This document shows, piece after piece, positions 19,774-29,249 of a stretch of 55,795 nt of DNA (its first letter is position 1; every line of letters starts with the position of its first letter). This DNA is from a bacterium (GTDB taxonomy: Bacteria > Cyanobacteriota > Vampirovibrionia > Gastranaerophilales > JBAXKC01): positions 1 to 55,795 of the forward strand of contig JBAXKC010000017.1 in assembly GCA_037137535.1 (NCBI GenBank), in the 5' to 3' direction. The position numbers and the translations under genes are program-made. The notes under the pieces are model-generated. The model saw nothing but the letters and a program-made list of their open reading frames with translations, was not told the origin of the DNA and made no database searches.

Positions 19774-20673
19774 CTAAGCCCCAATTGTATAATTAACTGC
19801 AAGTTTTGCAGAACATAAAAGATAAGACAGAGGAGTTTTAACTCCAAATACACCTTTACCCCAATAATACTCATCAAAACCGCCAACAGGTGTATCTGAT
19901 TTTATTTCAAAATCGTCTTGAACTCCGCCTGCAATTGTTTTTGACTTTCTTCCAAAAAGAGGATATTCATTGTTACTGCCATCTTTAGAAATGTCATTAT
20001 CAACAATTACTTCAAAGCCCATAAAATGACCAACATAACCAGTTTTATAGTTTTTTGCCATTTCATCAGAATATTGAAGTAAATTCATTGATGCCATAAA
20101 TGCCTGCATCATTGGAGATATAACTGCTATCATTTCACCATCAACCCAAGCAGTATGACCTTTTCCATCACCAATTTTAAGTTTTGCTTGTGCTAATGAA
20201 AAGATTTGTGCCACATTGGTAGCTGAAAGTGTAATTGCCGCACTTGCCGCACCTGTGATTAAGTTACCGGCTCTTGTGTATTGGTCGCAACAAGCTTTAT
20301 TTATTTGTTTTGCAAATTGCTTTTTGGCATCATTTGAATACTGCTTAACAAGTTTGATTCTTTCTTCATTATTTTTAGCATTTTCAATTTGTTTCATTTT
20401 TGCATCATCAATACTAAAAAATACAGAAAAACCCTTGTTGATTTTTATTTTAACAGTAGTTTGAGTAGCTTTTTCTACTGTACTAATGTTTAAATCACCA
20501 CCAGTATAAGGACTAAGCGTAACCATTCCGTCTAAAGTTACGTTTACTTCATCGCCAATTTTAATATCTTTCTTAAAATCAGGAGTTAGTAACTTTCCTG
20601 CGGAAAATTCCTGCCAAATTTCAGGGGTGAAAACATCTGAAAATGCAGTTTTAATTAAAGTTGAAATAGACAT
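19774..20673 (-). CDS. Major capsid protein (HK97 fold, P22-coat-like)
   Basis: FTPEIW, IKIGDEVNV, GYVGHFMGFEVI, VFGVK; follows the scaffold. Confidence 0.8.
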   Translation of the reverse strand: MSISTLIKTAFSDVFTPEIWQEFSAGKLLTPDFKKDIKIGDEVNVTLDGMVTLSPYTGGDLNISTVEKATQTTVKIKINKGFSVFFSIDDAKMKQIENAKNNEERIKLVKQYSNDAKKQFAKQINKACCDQYTRAGNLITGAASAAITLSATNVAQIFSLAQAKLKIGDGKGHTAWVDGEMIAVISPMMQAFMASMNLLQYSDEMAKNYKTGYVGHFMGFEVIVDNDISKDGSNNEYPLFGRKSKTIAGGVQDDFEIKSDTPVGGFDEYYWGKGVFGVKTPLSYLLCSAKLAVNYTIGA

Positions 20674-20690
20674 TCAAAACCTCTTTCTAT

Positions 20691-21677
20691 TTATTTATAC
20701 TTGTTGAACTCTTTTTTTATTTCTTCTTCTGACATACTAAGGATATTTTTTTCTTGAAAGGAAGAATTATTATTTATATGTTTTCCGTTTGGATTAAGAT
20801 CTGCTAATCCTTGTTTAGCATTATCATTTTCAGCATTTGTTTGTTTTGAAGATTCATAATCTTTAATTATGGAATCTTTATAAGCATCCATAGCTGAAAT
20901 AAATGTTTTGGTATCTAAATTAGTGCCAAGTTCTTTAAATGCCAAGCCAAACATATTTGTAAAGGCATCATTTTTGAAATGGTCTGCATATTGTGTTGTA
21001 ACATCAGTAAGATATTGAGTAGCACTTTCTTTCTCTTTTTCATAACTTTGCTGAATCTGCTGTTGTTGAATATTTTGTTTAACTAAAGCAAGATTTTCAC
21101 CAACTTTTTTATGAATATCACCGGTAAATCTGCTCTCAATTTCTGCTAAAAGTTCAGGATTTGGATGTTGTTTGTACAACATAATCAATTCTCTTGTTTC
21201 AGCAGGATTATCAGACTGATTTAAGTATTTTGCATACTCATCGGCTTCATAATTTGCCATTTGTGAATTAAATTGAAGCTGTTCTTGATGTTTTTCAAAA
21301 TCATTATAGCTATTAAATCCAAAGTTTTTAGCCATAACATCTTGTTGTTGTTTAACTTGCTCTGCATATTGTGCTTTTTGCTCAAGTTCAGTTTTTTCTT
21401 TACTCCATTGAGCCTTTTCGCCTAAAAGTGGTTCAAGTTCTTTATAAGATTTTGTTAATTTTTGATAATCAGGTGTTCCATCTTCTTTTAAGAACTTTTC
21501 AGGAATAGCAAAGTCGTCTTGATTGTTGCTTTCATCGTTTGTAGTAACACTATTGACAGCCTTATCATCTATGTTTTCAGGCTTATTTACATTAGAGTTA
21601 TCTGAATTCACAGGCTCAGTATTTAAGTTATCTGTCATAGATTCATCGGTTGTTGTCGTTGTGTCGCCAGTTAGCAT
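20691..21677 (-). CDS. Scaffolding protein
   Basis: Acidic coiled coil, IPEKF...LTKSYKELE motif, between portal and capsid. Confidence 0.7.
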   Translation of the reverse strand: MLTGDTTTTTDESMTDNLNTEPVNSDNSNVNKPENIDDKAVNSVTTNDESNNQDDFAIPEKFLKEDGTPDYQKLTKSYKELEPLLGEKAQWSKEKTELEQKAQYAEQVKQQQDVMAKNFGFNSYNDFEKHQEQLQFNSQMANYEADEYAKYLNQSDNPAETRELIMLYKQHPNPELLAEIESRFTGDIHKKVGENLALVKQNIQQQQIQQSYEKEKESATQYLTDVTTQYADHFKNDAFTNMFGLAFKELGTNLDTKTFISAMDAYKDSIIKDYESSKQTNAENDNAKQGLADLNPNGKHINNNSSFQEKNILSMSEEEIKKEFNKYK

Positions 21678-21694
21678 AAAGTTACTCCTTATTA

Positions 21695-21907
21695 TTATTT
21701 GTTACTTTCTTTTTTTGCTCTCATAAAATCGTCTTCCCATTTGTCGGTATCAGCAATTAATTTCAACATTCCTTTTATGATTAAAGGGTCTATTGTGCTA
21801 TTTGCTTGATTAACAATATGATTCAGTTGATATGTTCTTATTTCCTGATACTCTTTTGATATTAATAAATTTCTTTTTTTTAGAATTAATTCTTTATCAA
21901 TACTCAT
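21695..21907 (-). CDS. Small hypothetical phage protein (start re-set to MSIDKE)
   Basis: ATG just after the portal stop avoids a 44-bp overlap. Confidence 0.55.
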   Translation of the reverse strand: MSIDKELILKKRNLLISKEYQEIRTYQLNHIVNQANSTIDPLIIKGMLKLIADTDKWEDDFMRAKKESNK

Positions 21908-21908
21908 A

Positions 21909-23756
21909 TTACATTCCTTGTTCTGGTGTTTGTGGCAAAATTCCTGCATCATTTACTGGTGCAGGTGGTGCAATATTTTGTTGTGGAATTTCTAAATTAC
22001 CTGTTGGTGGTGATAATTGCGGTTGAGGCATTGAAGCAAGAAACCTTTCAGGATTTTCAACTCCTTTTTGTTCCCAGAACCAAGTAAATATTTTTTGCCA
22101 ATTTAAAGGTAATACATTTGCAAACTTTTCAAAAGCTAGAGCCATATTATCAGCATTTGAAACACGTTCAAGGAAAGATGAACGATCTGAATATTTATAT
22201 TGATATTTTCCTTGTCTTACAGAATCATCAATCTCAATAAATTCTCTTTTGTCGTCTTTATTGTTATAAATAGTTTCTTTTCCTGTTGTGAAATTAGCTT
22301 TTAAATCTGCTGTTTTTTCAACAATAGGAATAGTTAAATCTTGATTTACAACGTCCAATAACATAAATAATCTTGTTGTTTGACCTTGAACTTTAACGCT
22401 TATTTCAGTTGCAGTGGCATCTCTTTTCTCGTCTTGTCCTGTCATATTAGGAAATATGCCTGATACTTCTGATATTATTCTATCTAAACTTAAAATATCA
22501 TTAATAAAAATATCAGATTCAAACTTCATCGGAGTTATAGGGACATCTTTATATAAGTTTGGGTCAAAAGTTATTACTTTCCCTGGATAAAGTTTAATTT
22601 CTTCTTGTGTAAAAAAGTCTTTTGGTGCATAAATCGGTGGATTAGCATTTAATGTTTGCATATCAAGCGTTTTGCTCATTAAATCTTCTTGCATAAGCGC
22701 AAGTTCATAAACTGACATTATAGGAGTAATTCCCCTTTTTAAGTCAGGGTCTAAAATAAAAGTACCGAATACAAAAGGATTTTCAACAAATTGGTTTTCT
22801 TGAAACCTTACAACGTATTTCCTGCCAACTACAACAACGTGCCAATTGTTTAAAACAGTACCATCTTTAAGTTTTATATTTCCCCAATGCTCTAAAACTT
22901 CGATAGTATTTCCATTTACTACTTCATCTTTTAATTTGCTTGCATTTTGATTCTTATTTTCAGATAACGAAGTAGAACTTGTTAATTTTTCTTTTAAAAA
23001 TTCTTTACACTCTTTTGATACTTTATAAATCTTGTTATTTATTATGTCATCAGGAGTTCTAAATCTTTTTAGTATCTTAGGACAAGAATCCCAATCCTCC
23101 ATTTGTGTAACATCAAAAACAAAATTAACAGGATTTACTGAATAAACATAAGGATTATCATATTTAGTTATATAATCAATATAAAACTTCTTTCCAGATT
23201 GTAGAGCTTTTAAGATTTTAGGAAGTTTTGATACATCATCTTTGAACATAGCTTCAAAAAAACTTATTGGTCTTCTTATTTGCTTTTTTTCTTGCTTCCA
23301 ACCGACAAAAGCTATCATTTCGCCATATAAAAGCCCATTATCAATAATTTCATCAATTCTTTTTTGTAATTTCATCTCTTCAAAGATGTTTACAAGCATG
23401 GCTTTTTGTTTATTTGAATTGTTATCAGAGTCTTGATTTTCACCTGCAACATCAAACATTGAACTTGTATTTGCATAAACATTCTTCCAGATAAAAGCCT
23501 TTAAAGTTTGATAAAGCATAAACAGCTTACACATTTTAACTTTGGCTTTCCATTGTTCTTCTGTATTATTTTTTTGCTGAGGTTTATTTTTAAAGAATAT
23601 TTCTGCAATAAGTTTATCTGAATTTACAATCAATTCATTTCTAGCAGTTTGCCAAGTTGTAAAACTTGAAGTAATGGATTGGACAAGTTCCTCTTGATAA
23701 TCATCATTTAACTTTATTTTTTTGTCTTCTTTTTCGTATATAAAATCGTAAGACAT
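21909..23756 (-). CDS. Portal protein (podoviral type)
   Basis: 615 aa after terL; ATATEIS motif; Q/P-rich tail. Confidence 0.85.
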   Translation of the reverse strand: MSYDFIYEKEDKKIKLNDDYQEELVQSITSSFTTWQTARNELIVNSDKLIAEIFFKNKPQQKNNTEEQWKAKVKMCKLFMLYQTLKAFIWKNVYANTSSMFDVAGENQDSDNNSNKQKAMLVNIFEEMKLQKRIDEIIDNGLLYGEMIAFVGWKQEKKQIRRPISFFEAMFKDDVSKLPKILKALQSGKKFYIDYITKYDNPYVYSVNPVNFVFDVTQMEDWDSCPKILKRFRTPDDIINNKIYKVSKECKEFLKEKLTSSTSLSENKNQNASKLKDEVVNGNTIEVLEHWGNIKLKDGTVLNNWHVVVVGRKYVVRFQENQFVENPFVFGTFILDPDLKRGITPIMSVYELALMQEDLMSKTLDMQTLNANPPIYAPKDFFTQEEIKLYPGKVITFDPNLYKDVPITPMKFESDIFINDILSLDRIISEVSGIFPNMTGQDEKRDATATEISVKVQGQTTRLFMLLDVVNQDLTIPIVEKTADLKANFTTGKETIYNNKDDKREFIEIDDSVRQGKYQYKYSDRSSFLERVSNADNMALAFEKFANVLPLNWQKIFTWFWEQKGVENPERFLASMPQPQLSPPTGNLEIPQQNIAPPAPVNDAGILPQTPEQGM

Positions 23757-24013
23757 TATTTACCTTTTTTCTTCGGTGTTACTTTTTTTACAGCCTGTTT
23801 AACAGGTTTTACTTTTGTTTGCTTATGAACTATTGCACTAACGGCATTAATATGGTTTTTTACTGCTTTCATCATTTTAGGATTTTTCTTGTGCTGTTCT
23901 GCTCTTGAAATATCATCAATTGCATTTCTAATTTCATACGGTTCTATTTTTGATGATTTTCTTTCTGTTGCTTCACAAATCTGTGGCTTTAATGTTGTTT
24001 TCTTTTTTGCCAT
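23756..24013 (-). CDS. Small basic Lys-rich phage protein
   Basis: C-terminus KVKPVKQAVKKVTPKKKGK; AGGAG RBS upstream. Confidence 0.65.
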   Translation of the reverse strand: MAKKKTTLKPQICEATERKSSKIEPYEIRNAIDDISRAEQHKKNPKMMKAVKNHINAVSAIVHKQTKVKPVKQAVKKVTPKKKGK

Positions 24014-24031
24014 TGGTTTTGTTACTCCTAT

Positions 24032-25330
24032 CTAATTTGGAACAATTGGAAAATAATATTCAACTAAATAACTGCCTGCATCAAAAGGATGTTCGAGAAA
24101 TTTTAATTCATTGTCTTGCTTAATCCTGTGATGAGTAGGAACATCAACTAACGATGTTCCTGTTTTAAACTTTAAGTTGTACATATTATGAAGAAACCAT
24201 TTGCATTTTGGGTCTACGAATATGCAAACATCACCTTTAGCATTTTTTACTTTTGCATTAAATGAAGCAATTCTGCTTTTTATTGGAGGATTGAACGATC
24301 TTAAATGGAATTTGTGGTCTTTATATCCATAGGCATAAAGAGCGTTTCTGATAAGTGCATAATTTGTAAACTCAGAATTGCAACTACGATTATCGCCAGA
24401 AGCATCACCATTGATAATAATTGTACTTTTATGCTCTGGATACCGCCTGATAAACTCAGCAATAGCATTAGTAGTAGATGTGTTTTCAATGATGATTTCA
24501 TCGATATAATAAACCTTTTTGTCGTCTTTATGTGCAATAATCCAACACATTGGGTCTACGTTAAAATCACAAGTTAAATGCAATGGAATATTAGGGTTAT
24601 AATTTAGTTTTCTGACGTTTTTATCAGAAAAACCTTTTACAACAAGACCGCTTTGATAATTTCCAAACTCACCAAGCACATTGATTCTGTAATATTCAGG
24701 GTCATAAGCTGACTTTAGTTCTTCAACAAAATGCTCAGGAAGATAAATATTTTGTGTTGTAGGGGCAAAGATAATTCTGTAATTAGGCTTCTTGTTCTCA
24801 ACAAATAGTTTATAAATCCATCCTTTTGATTCTTCTGGGTTTGTATGACCGAATAATCTATATACAAAATTGTTCCATTCAGGTTTACTGCTTGCTCTTA
24901 AACGTCCTAAAAGCTGTTTTATTGTTGAATGTCCTACTTGTGAAGCCTCTTCGATTTGACACCAATGCAAGTTTAATGATTTAAGTTTTTCTGAATCGTC
25001 TAAGTCTTTAAATAAGATTTCAGATCCGTTTTTAAATGTTATCAATTTGTCGGTCTTGTTATATTTATAGTGAATACCTTTTTTGTAGCCGAATGCTTCT
25101 AAATGATTAAAATACTCAACCATTGTTGTTCTTTTAAGCAATTCATAAGTCTTAGCACCTACAAGCCCTCTACAACCTGCATACTTACGACTTAATAAAA
25201 CACCAAGCAAACTACCGCACCAAGTTTTTCCCGAGCCATAACCGCCTTGATAAACTGCAACATCAAGAGCAAAATTTTTATTTGGTTCTAAAAACAGCTT
25301 TTGTGCAGGAAGTAATTTATAATGTGCCAT
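24032..25330 (-). CDS. terL: Terminase large subunit
   Basis: Walker A GGYGSGKT, Walker B QIEEA, nuclease residues DFN/GDASG/HPFDA. Confidence 0.93.
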   Translation of the reverse strand: MAHYKLLPAQKLFLEPNKNFALDVAVYQGGYGSGKTWCGSLLGVLLSRKYAGCRGLVGAKTYELLKRTTMVEYFNHLEAFGYKKGIHYKYNKTDKLITFKNGSEILFKDLDDSEKLKSLNLHWCQIEEASQVGHSTIKQLLGRLRASSKPEWNNFVYRLFGHTNPEESKGWIYKLFVENKKPNYRIIFAPTTQNIYLPEHFVEELKSAYDPEYYRINVLGEFGNYQSGLVVKGFSDKNVRKLNYNPNIPLHLTCDFNVDPMCWIIAHKDDKKVYYIDEIIIENTSTTNAIAEFIRRYPEHKSTIIINGDASGDNRSCNSEFTNYALIRNALYAYGYKDHKFHLRSFNPPIKSRIASFNAKVKNAKGDVCIFVDPKCKWFLHNMYNLKFKTGTSLVDVPTHHRIKQDNELKFLEHPFDAGSYLVEYYFPIVPN

Positions 25331-25760
25331 TTTCTAAATTTTCAAACGCTTCAATAAACATCAAATTCAGTTTTGTTTTAACTTGATGCACTTCTTGCAA
25401 AAACTGTTTTATTTCTGCTTGAATTTTTTCTAATCTTTCAACTTTTTTTCTTTGGTTTATTTTCTGCATTAATATAAAGTTAGGTTTATAATTTTCTGGT
25501 CTTTTATTTGTTTTTAAAACGACAATTTCTTGATTATCCATAACAAAATTAGGTTTATAGTAATCCATTTCATCAGAAATTATTACTTTATTTTCAGATC
25601 GTGTTTTATCTTCTTTACTGAATAAACCTTTTTTCATTTCTTTACCTGTCATTTTTTTAACGTGTGCAACGTAAGAGTTCCAGTTTTCTTGTTCTTTTGG
25701 TGTTAAATAAAGCAAAAGTTCTAATTCATAAACGGCTTCTTGAATGTTTAAATCTCTCAT
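25317..25760 (-). CDS. Hypothetical phage protein
   Basis: ORF with AAGG RBS between terS and terL. Confidence 0.55.
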   Translation of the reverse strand: MRDLNIQEAVYELELLLYLTPKEQENWNSYVAHVKKMTGKEMKKGLFSKEDKTRSENKVIISDEMDYYKPNFVMDNQEIVVLKTNKRPENYKPNFILMQKINQRKKVERLEKIQAEIKQFLQEVHQVKTKLNLMFIEAFENLENGTL

Positions 25761-25848
25761 TTTCTTACCTTATTTCTGAAAATCCGATACTAAGGCGGTA
25801 ATTTTTAAGACCAATTTAAAATCACTTCCGAAAATCAGAAAAATAAAA

Positions 25849-26340
25849 CTAAATATCTGCTAAATTTTCAACAATATTCACTTCTGGCATATCAATATTG
25901 ATATTTGCTTTTTCATCAAGACCAAGTGCTAATCTTTGACCTTTTTGTATTTTTTCAAGTGCTGTTGCTGCTCTTGCTAATTGTGCAAGGTCATTTTCTA
26001 AATCTATTATTTTTGGATCTTTGCCAGCTACAACTTGATAAGTATCTTTTTTTATTTTTTCTATTATTTTTTTAGCCAAAAAGTCAAATTGTTCTATATG
26101 TTCTTGGTTTCTTTGAACTTTTATATCAATTATTGTTTCTTCGAGTTTTTCTTTGACTTTTTTCTCAATTCTTCTCTTTTTTTCGTTAAGATTTTTTTTT
26201 GAAAACCTTTTGCTTATTTGAATCGCAGTAATTTGTAAATTTGGAAATTTCTCCGCAATAAAACGAGGCTTTTCACCCTTGAGATACAATGCCTCTATTT
26301 TGTCCCAATCTTTTTGTGTTGGCTTCGTTTGTTTTCCCAT
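25849..26340 (-). CDS. terS: Terminase small subunit
   Basis: DWDKIEALYLKG HTH start, LEKIQKGQRLALGL motif. Confidence 0.75.
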   Translation of the reverse strand: MGKQTKPTQKDWDKIEALYLKGEKPRFIAEKFPNLQITAIQISKRFSKKNLNEKKRRIEKKVKEKLEETIIDIKVQRNQEHIEQFDFLAKKIIEKIKKDTYQVVAGKDPKIIDLENDLAQLARAATALEKIQKGQRLALGLDEKANINIDMPEVNIVENLADI

Positions 26341-26365
26341 TCACTTAATTACTTTTCCCTCTCTA

Positions 26366-26399
26366 ATAAAAAACCTCTGGCGGGTAACGTGCCAGAGGT
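26366..26399 (-). terminator. Intrinsic terminator upstream of terS
   Basis: ACCTCTGGC-9nt-GCCAGAGGT followed by TTTTTAT. Confidence 0.75.
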
Positions 26400-26441
26400 G
26401 TGAAACTAATCTAAAACCAGAAAGATTAACTTCACTTAGAA

Positions 26442-26840
26442 TTACTTAGTGCGGAGGTCGATAGTTGATATTAATTCTTTTGTATCGTTAAAATCTACTG
26501 TGCGATGTCTTATTTCTATTATCTTATTTTTTTTATTTCTTATTTCTGTAATCTTACTATATCGCCAATTCATTTTGGCTCTTGTTCCTGCTTTGACTAA
26601 ATGATATTCATAGGCTAATTCTTTTAATGATTCTTGAATTTTATTATCTGCTTTGTGATTTTTAAATCTTTGGATTAATTGATGATTGTCGGTTAATCGA
26701 GTTTCACTTAAAACAGCTATTTTAGCATTACAATTAGGGCATTTGTTTAAAATTTCTAAATATCTTTTATGCAAATTCTGAAAATTAGAAAGATGTAAAA
26801 TCCTGTCAGCTTGATATTTTCCATTACAGCAATATATCAT
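26442..26840 (-). CDS. Basic Cys-containing (CC...CxxC) phage protein, possible regulator
   Basis: MIYCC...KCPNC; lies between the repressor and the late genes. Confidence 0.55.
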   Translation of the reverse strand: MIYCCNGKYQADRILHLSNFQNLHKRYLEILNKCPNCNAKIAVLSETRLTDNHQLIQRFKNHKADNKIQESLKELAYEYHLVKAGTRAKMNWRYSKITEIRNKKNKIIEIRHRTVDFNDTKELISTIDLRTK

Positions 26841-26968
26841 TTTTTAAGCACCACAAAAGAATATTCAAAAAAGCCCTCAGCCCTCGATTTATTTCAATCT
26901 GTCGACTCGTACAATTCCACTTTTCTAATGATACATAATTTTATTACACATTTCCAGTTTAACAACTG

Positions 26969-27616
26969 TTATTTTTGAAAGGCAGTCATCCTATAAACGA
27001 CCTTGCCTATTATGTTAAGACTGGTTACTTCATCACCTGATATATGTTCAGGTGGATAATCTGGATTATCTGATTTTATTGTTATTGTTTTTAACCCACA
27101 CAAAAGTCTTTTACAGAAAAATCTATCTCCAAATCTTAAAACATAGATGTCTTTATCTCTTATGAAATTATAATCTACATCAATATCTGCAATTAATAGA
27201 TCGCCATCATTTATTGTAGGATACATAGAATTATTAAATATTTTTACAGCTGTTAATCTATCTGCTTTTTTATATCCCATTTTGGCAAGTTCAGCTTTCG
27301 ATATATCTATAATATCAAATACCTCATTATATGCACCGCCACCTGCTGATGCATTTATAATAGGGATTTTATAACAATTGTTTTCTACTACTGCAATAGC
27401 GTTTTTGTCTTTCATATCTCCTGTACCTGTCATTAGCCAGTCATAAGAGATGTTTAATTCATTTGCTATCTTATATAAAATAGATTCAGAGGGAAATCTT
27501 TCTTCTTTTAAATATTTACTAATTATACTTTGTGAGAGCCCTGCAATTTCTGCAAATTTAATTTGAGTTAAATTAAAATCTTTTTGAACCTGCTTTAATC
27601 TTTCTGCGATGGTCAT
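26969..27616 (-). CDS. CI/LexA-type repressor (XRE HTH plus S24 peptidase)
   Basis: HTH LTQIKFAEIAGLSQSIISKY, Ala-Gly cleavage site ASAG, catalytic NSM and CKRL. Confidence 0.92.
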   Translation of the reverse strand: MTIAERLKQVQKDFNLTQIKFAEIAGLSQSIISKYLKEERFPSESILYKIANELNISYDWLMTGTGDMKDKNAIAVVENNCYKIPIINASAGGGAYNEVFDIIDISKAELAKMGYKKADRLTAVKIFNNSMYPTINDGDLLIADIDVDYNFIRDKDIYVLRFGDRFFCKRLLCGLKTITIKSDNPDYPPEHISGDEVTSLNIIGKVVYRMTAFQK

Positions 27617-27644
27617 AATTTATTCCTATTAATAATAATCGCCA

Positions 27645-27687
27645 TTACATTCATAGCGTGGCGTTTATTTCCACGCTATGAATGTAA
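27645..27687. repeat. Perfect 17-bp inverted repeat upstream of the repressor
   Basis: TTACATTCATAGCGTGG-9nt-CCACGCTATGAATGTAA. Confidence 0.9.
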
Positions 27688-27688
27688 A

Positions 27689-27955
27689 TTAATAACCTTT
27701 GTAATTATAAGTTCTGCCGTCATTTGCTCCATAGTTTTGTTGTGGAGTATTAACATTTAGAGTACCGTATTGACCAGTATTAGGATTCATATTGCCTTGC
27801 GTGGAATAATTATCTAATTTTGTTGAATTAGAATCACTTCTAACGTAACTATTTACATAAGTACCATTAGAGCGTGTATAGCCACTTACTCGGTCATAAG
27901 CAAATGATGGTGTTGCTATAACTAATAACATAGTGATTAATAATAATTTTTTCAT
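27689..27955 (-). CDS. Small secreted protein
   Basis: Signal peptide MKKLLL...SFA; VSGYTRSNGTYVNSYVRS...NYSTQGNMNP. Confidence 0.8.
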   Translation of the reverse strand: MKKLLLITMLLVIATPSFAYDRVSGYTRSNGTYVNSYVRSDSNSTKLDNYSTQGNMNPNTGQYGTLNVNTPQQNYGANDGRTYNYKGY

Positions 27956-27972
27956 AATAACTCCTATTAAAT

Positions 27973-28272
27973 TTATTGTCCTACTGCCTTTAATTTAACA
28001 ATATCCGTATAGTTTTGAGCTGCCATAGTTTCAACCGTAACAAAACTACCCTTAATGTAATTAATATCCATATTTGTTTTTTCTTGTTCCGCTTTCACAA
28101 CTTCAACGGAATGCAAAAGAGCTTTAAGCATTTCAGTATTTTCGCTTGTTTGCAGTTTATGCAACTTATTTTCAGTTCTAATTGCTTTTAATTCTTTATT
28201 TATTGAATCAAACCTAGCATTCATTACATTAAACTGTTCTAAAACTATTTTTTGAAATTCTTCGTTATTCAT
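27973..28272 (-). CDS. Coiled-coil hypothetical protein
   Basis: Heptad pattern; AAGGA RBS. Confidence 0.7.
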   Translation of the reverse strand: MNNEEFQKIVLEQFNVMNARFDSINKELKAIRTENKLHKLQTSENTEMLKALLHSVEVVKAEQEKTNMDINYIKGSFVTVETMAAQNYTDIVKLKAVGQ

Positions 28273-28290
28273 TTAATAATTCCTTGTTTT

Positions 28291-28665
28291 TTAATTCAAA
28301 TAAGTAAAATTATATTTTTTGGCAATGTTTTGAGTTTCTCTTATTAAATAATCAGTAGTTTCATTTATAAATTCACTATATTCCTCATTATTTTTATATT
28401 GCTCTGTTATTTGAGTAGAATGTCTTTTTAAATATAGGAGTAATTGAGCATTAGATTTAAAATAAAAATGAATATCTTGTCTTAATCTATAGTAATTTTG
28501 AACAGAAATTATTATGCAAGGAAGAGATAAAAGCAATGGAACAATAATCCAAAGATAAAGAATATTAGCTGAATTGTTTTCTGTCTTTATCTCAATTTGA
28601 TTTAAAAATAGAAAGACATAATAAATAATGATAAAAATTTTTTCTTTAATTTTTATTTTAAACAC
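28291..28665 (-). CDS. Hypothetical membrane protein (two N-terminal hydrophobic segments)
   Basis: Very AT-rich ORF; start codon uncertain. Confidence 0.55.
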   Translation of the reverse strand: MFKIKIKEKIFIIIYYVFLFLNQIEIKTENNSANILYLWIIVPLLLSLPCIIISVQNYYRLRQDIHFYFKSNAQLLLYLKRHSTQITEQYKNNEEYSEFINETTDYLIRETQNIAKKYNFTYLN

Positions 28666-28699
28666 TCCTTTACATTTCTTAATTTATGACTTTGTATTA

Positions 28700-28754
28700 T
28701 TGCATTTTATTACTTTGTCATATATAATAAGATTATAGTTAAACAATAGTTAAA
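28700..28754 (+). promoter_or_regulatory. Early rightward sigma-70 promoter with downstream direct repeats
   Basis: TTGCAT-17-TATAAT (28700-28728); ATAGTTAAA twice at 28735 and 28746. Confidence 0.65.
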
Positions 28755-28785
28755 TACAAAACACAATACTAAAAAAGGAGGACTA

Positions 28786-28944
28786 ATGCAAGTAAAACAG
28801 GCAAAAGAATTCAAATGTACATTTTCTATATCATTACCAGTACATTTAATAGAAGAACTGGAGAATATGGCAAATGGCACATCAAGAACAAAATTAATTT
28901 GTGAAGCCGTTAAGGAATTCATTAAAACAAAAAAAAAGAACTAA
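28786..28944 (+). CDS. Ribbon-helix-helix (Arc/CopG-like) regulator, 52 aa, missing from the ORF track
   Basis: AAGGAGG RBS; MQVKQAKEFKCTFSISLPVHLIEELENMANGTSRTKLICEAVKEFIKTKKKN. Confidence 0.8.
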   Translation: MQVKQAKEFKCTFSISLPVHLIEELENMANGTSRTKLICEAVKEFIKTKKKN

Positions 28945-29042
28945 CCTAAAAAGGTTAATCCTAAAAAATCTATTAAATTAATTCTAACAAAAATATTCAA
29001 GCCTATCAATGGGCTTAATTGCAGTGCGGAAAAAGGTAAAAA

Positions 29043-29240
29043 ATGAAAAAATTCAGCTTAAAAATTGAAATTAAACAGTTTTGGGAAAGAGAAGTATTTG
29101 CAGAAACAAAAGAAGAAGTAGACAAGATTTTAACCGCTTTCTGTGAAACTGTTTTAAAAGAAGGCAAAGCCTTAGAACAAGATAGTCTTTTTACTCTAAA
29201 AGAACAATGGAGCGATGACGAAGAAATAACAGAAATTTGA
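29043..29240 (+). CDS. Small acidic early phage protein
   Basis: AAGG RBS; co-oriented with the early operon. Confidence 0.65.
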   Translation: MKKFSLKIEIKQFWEREVFAETKEEVDKILTAFCETVLKEGKALEQDSLFTLKEQWSDDEEITEI

Positions 29241-29249
29241 GGCTTCAAA

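Noticed and set aside
19695-19790. Programmed frameshift extending the major capsid protein
   Set aside because: Both alternative frames after ATTGGGGCT hit stops within about 15 codons
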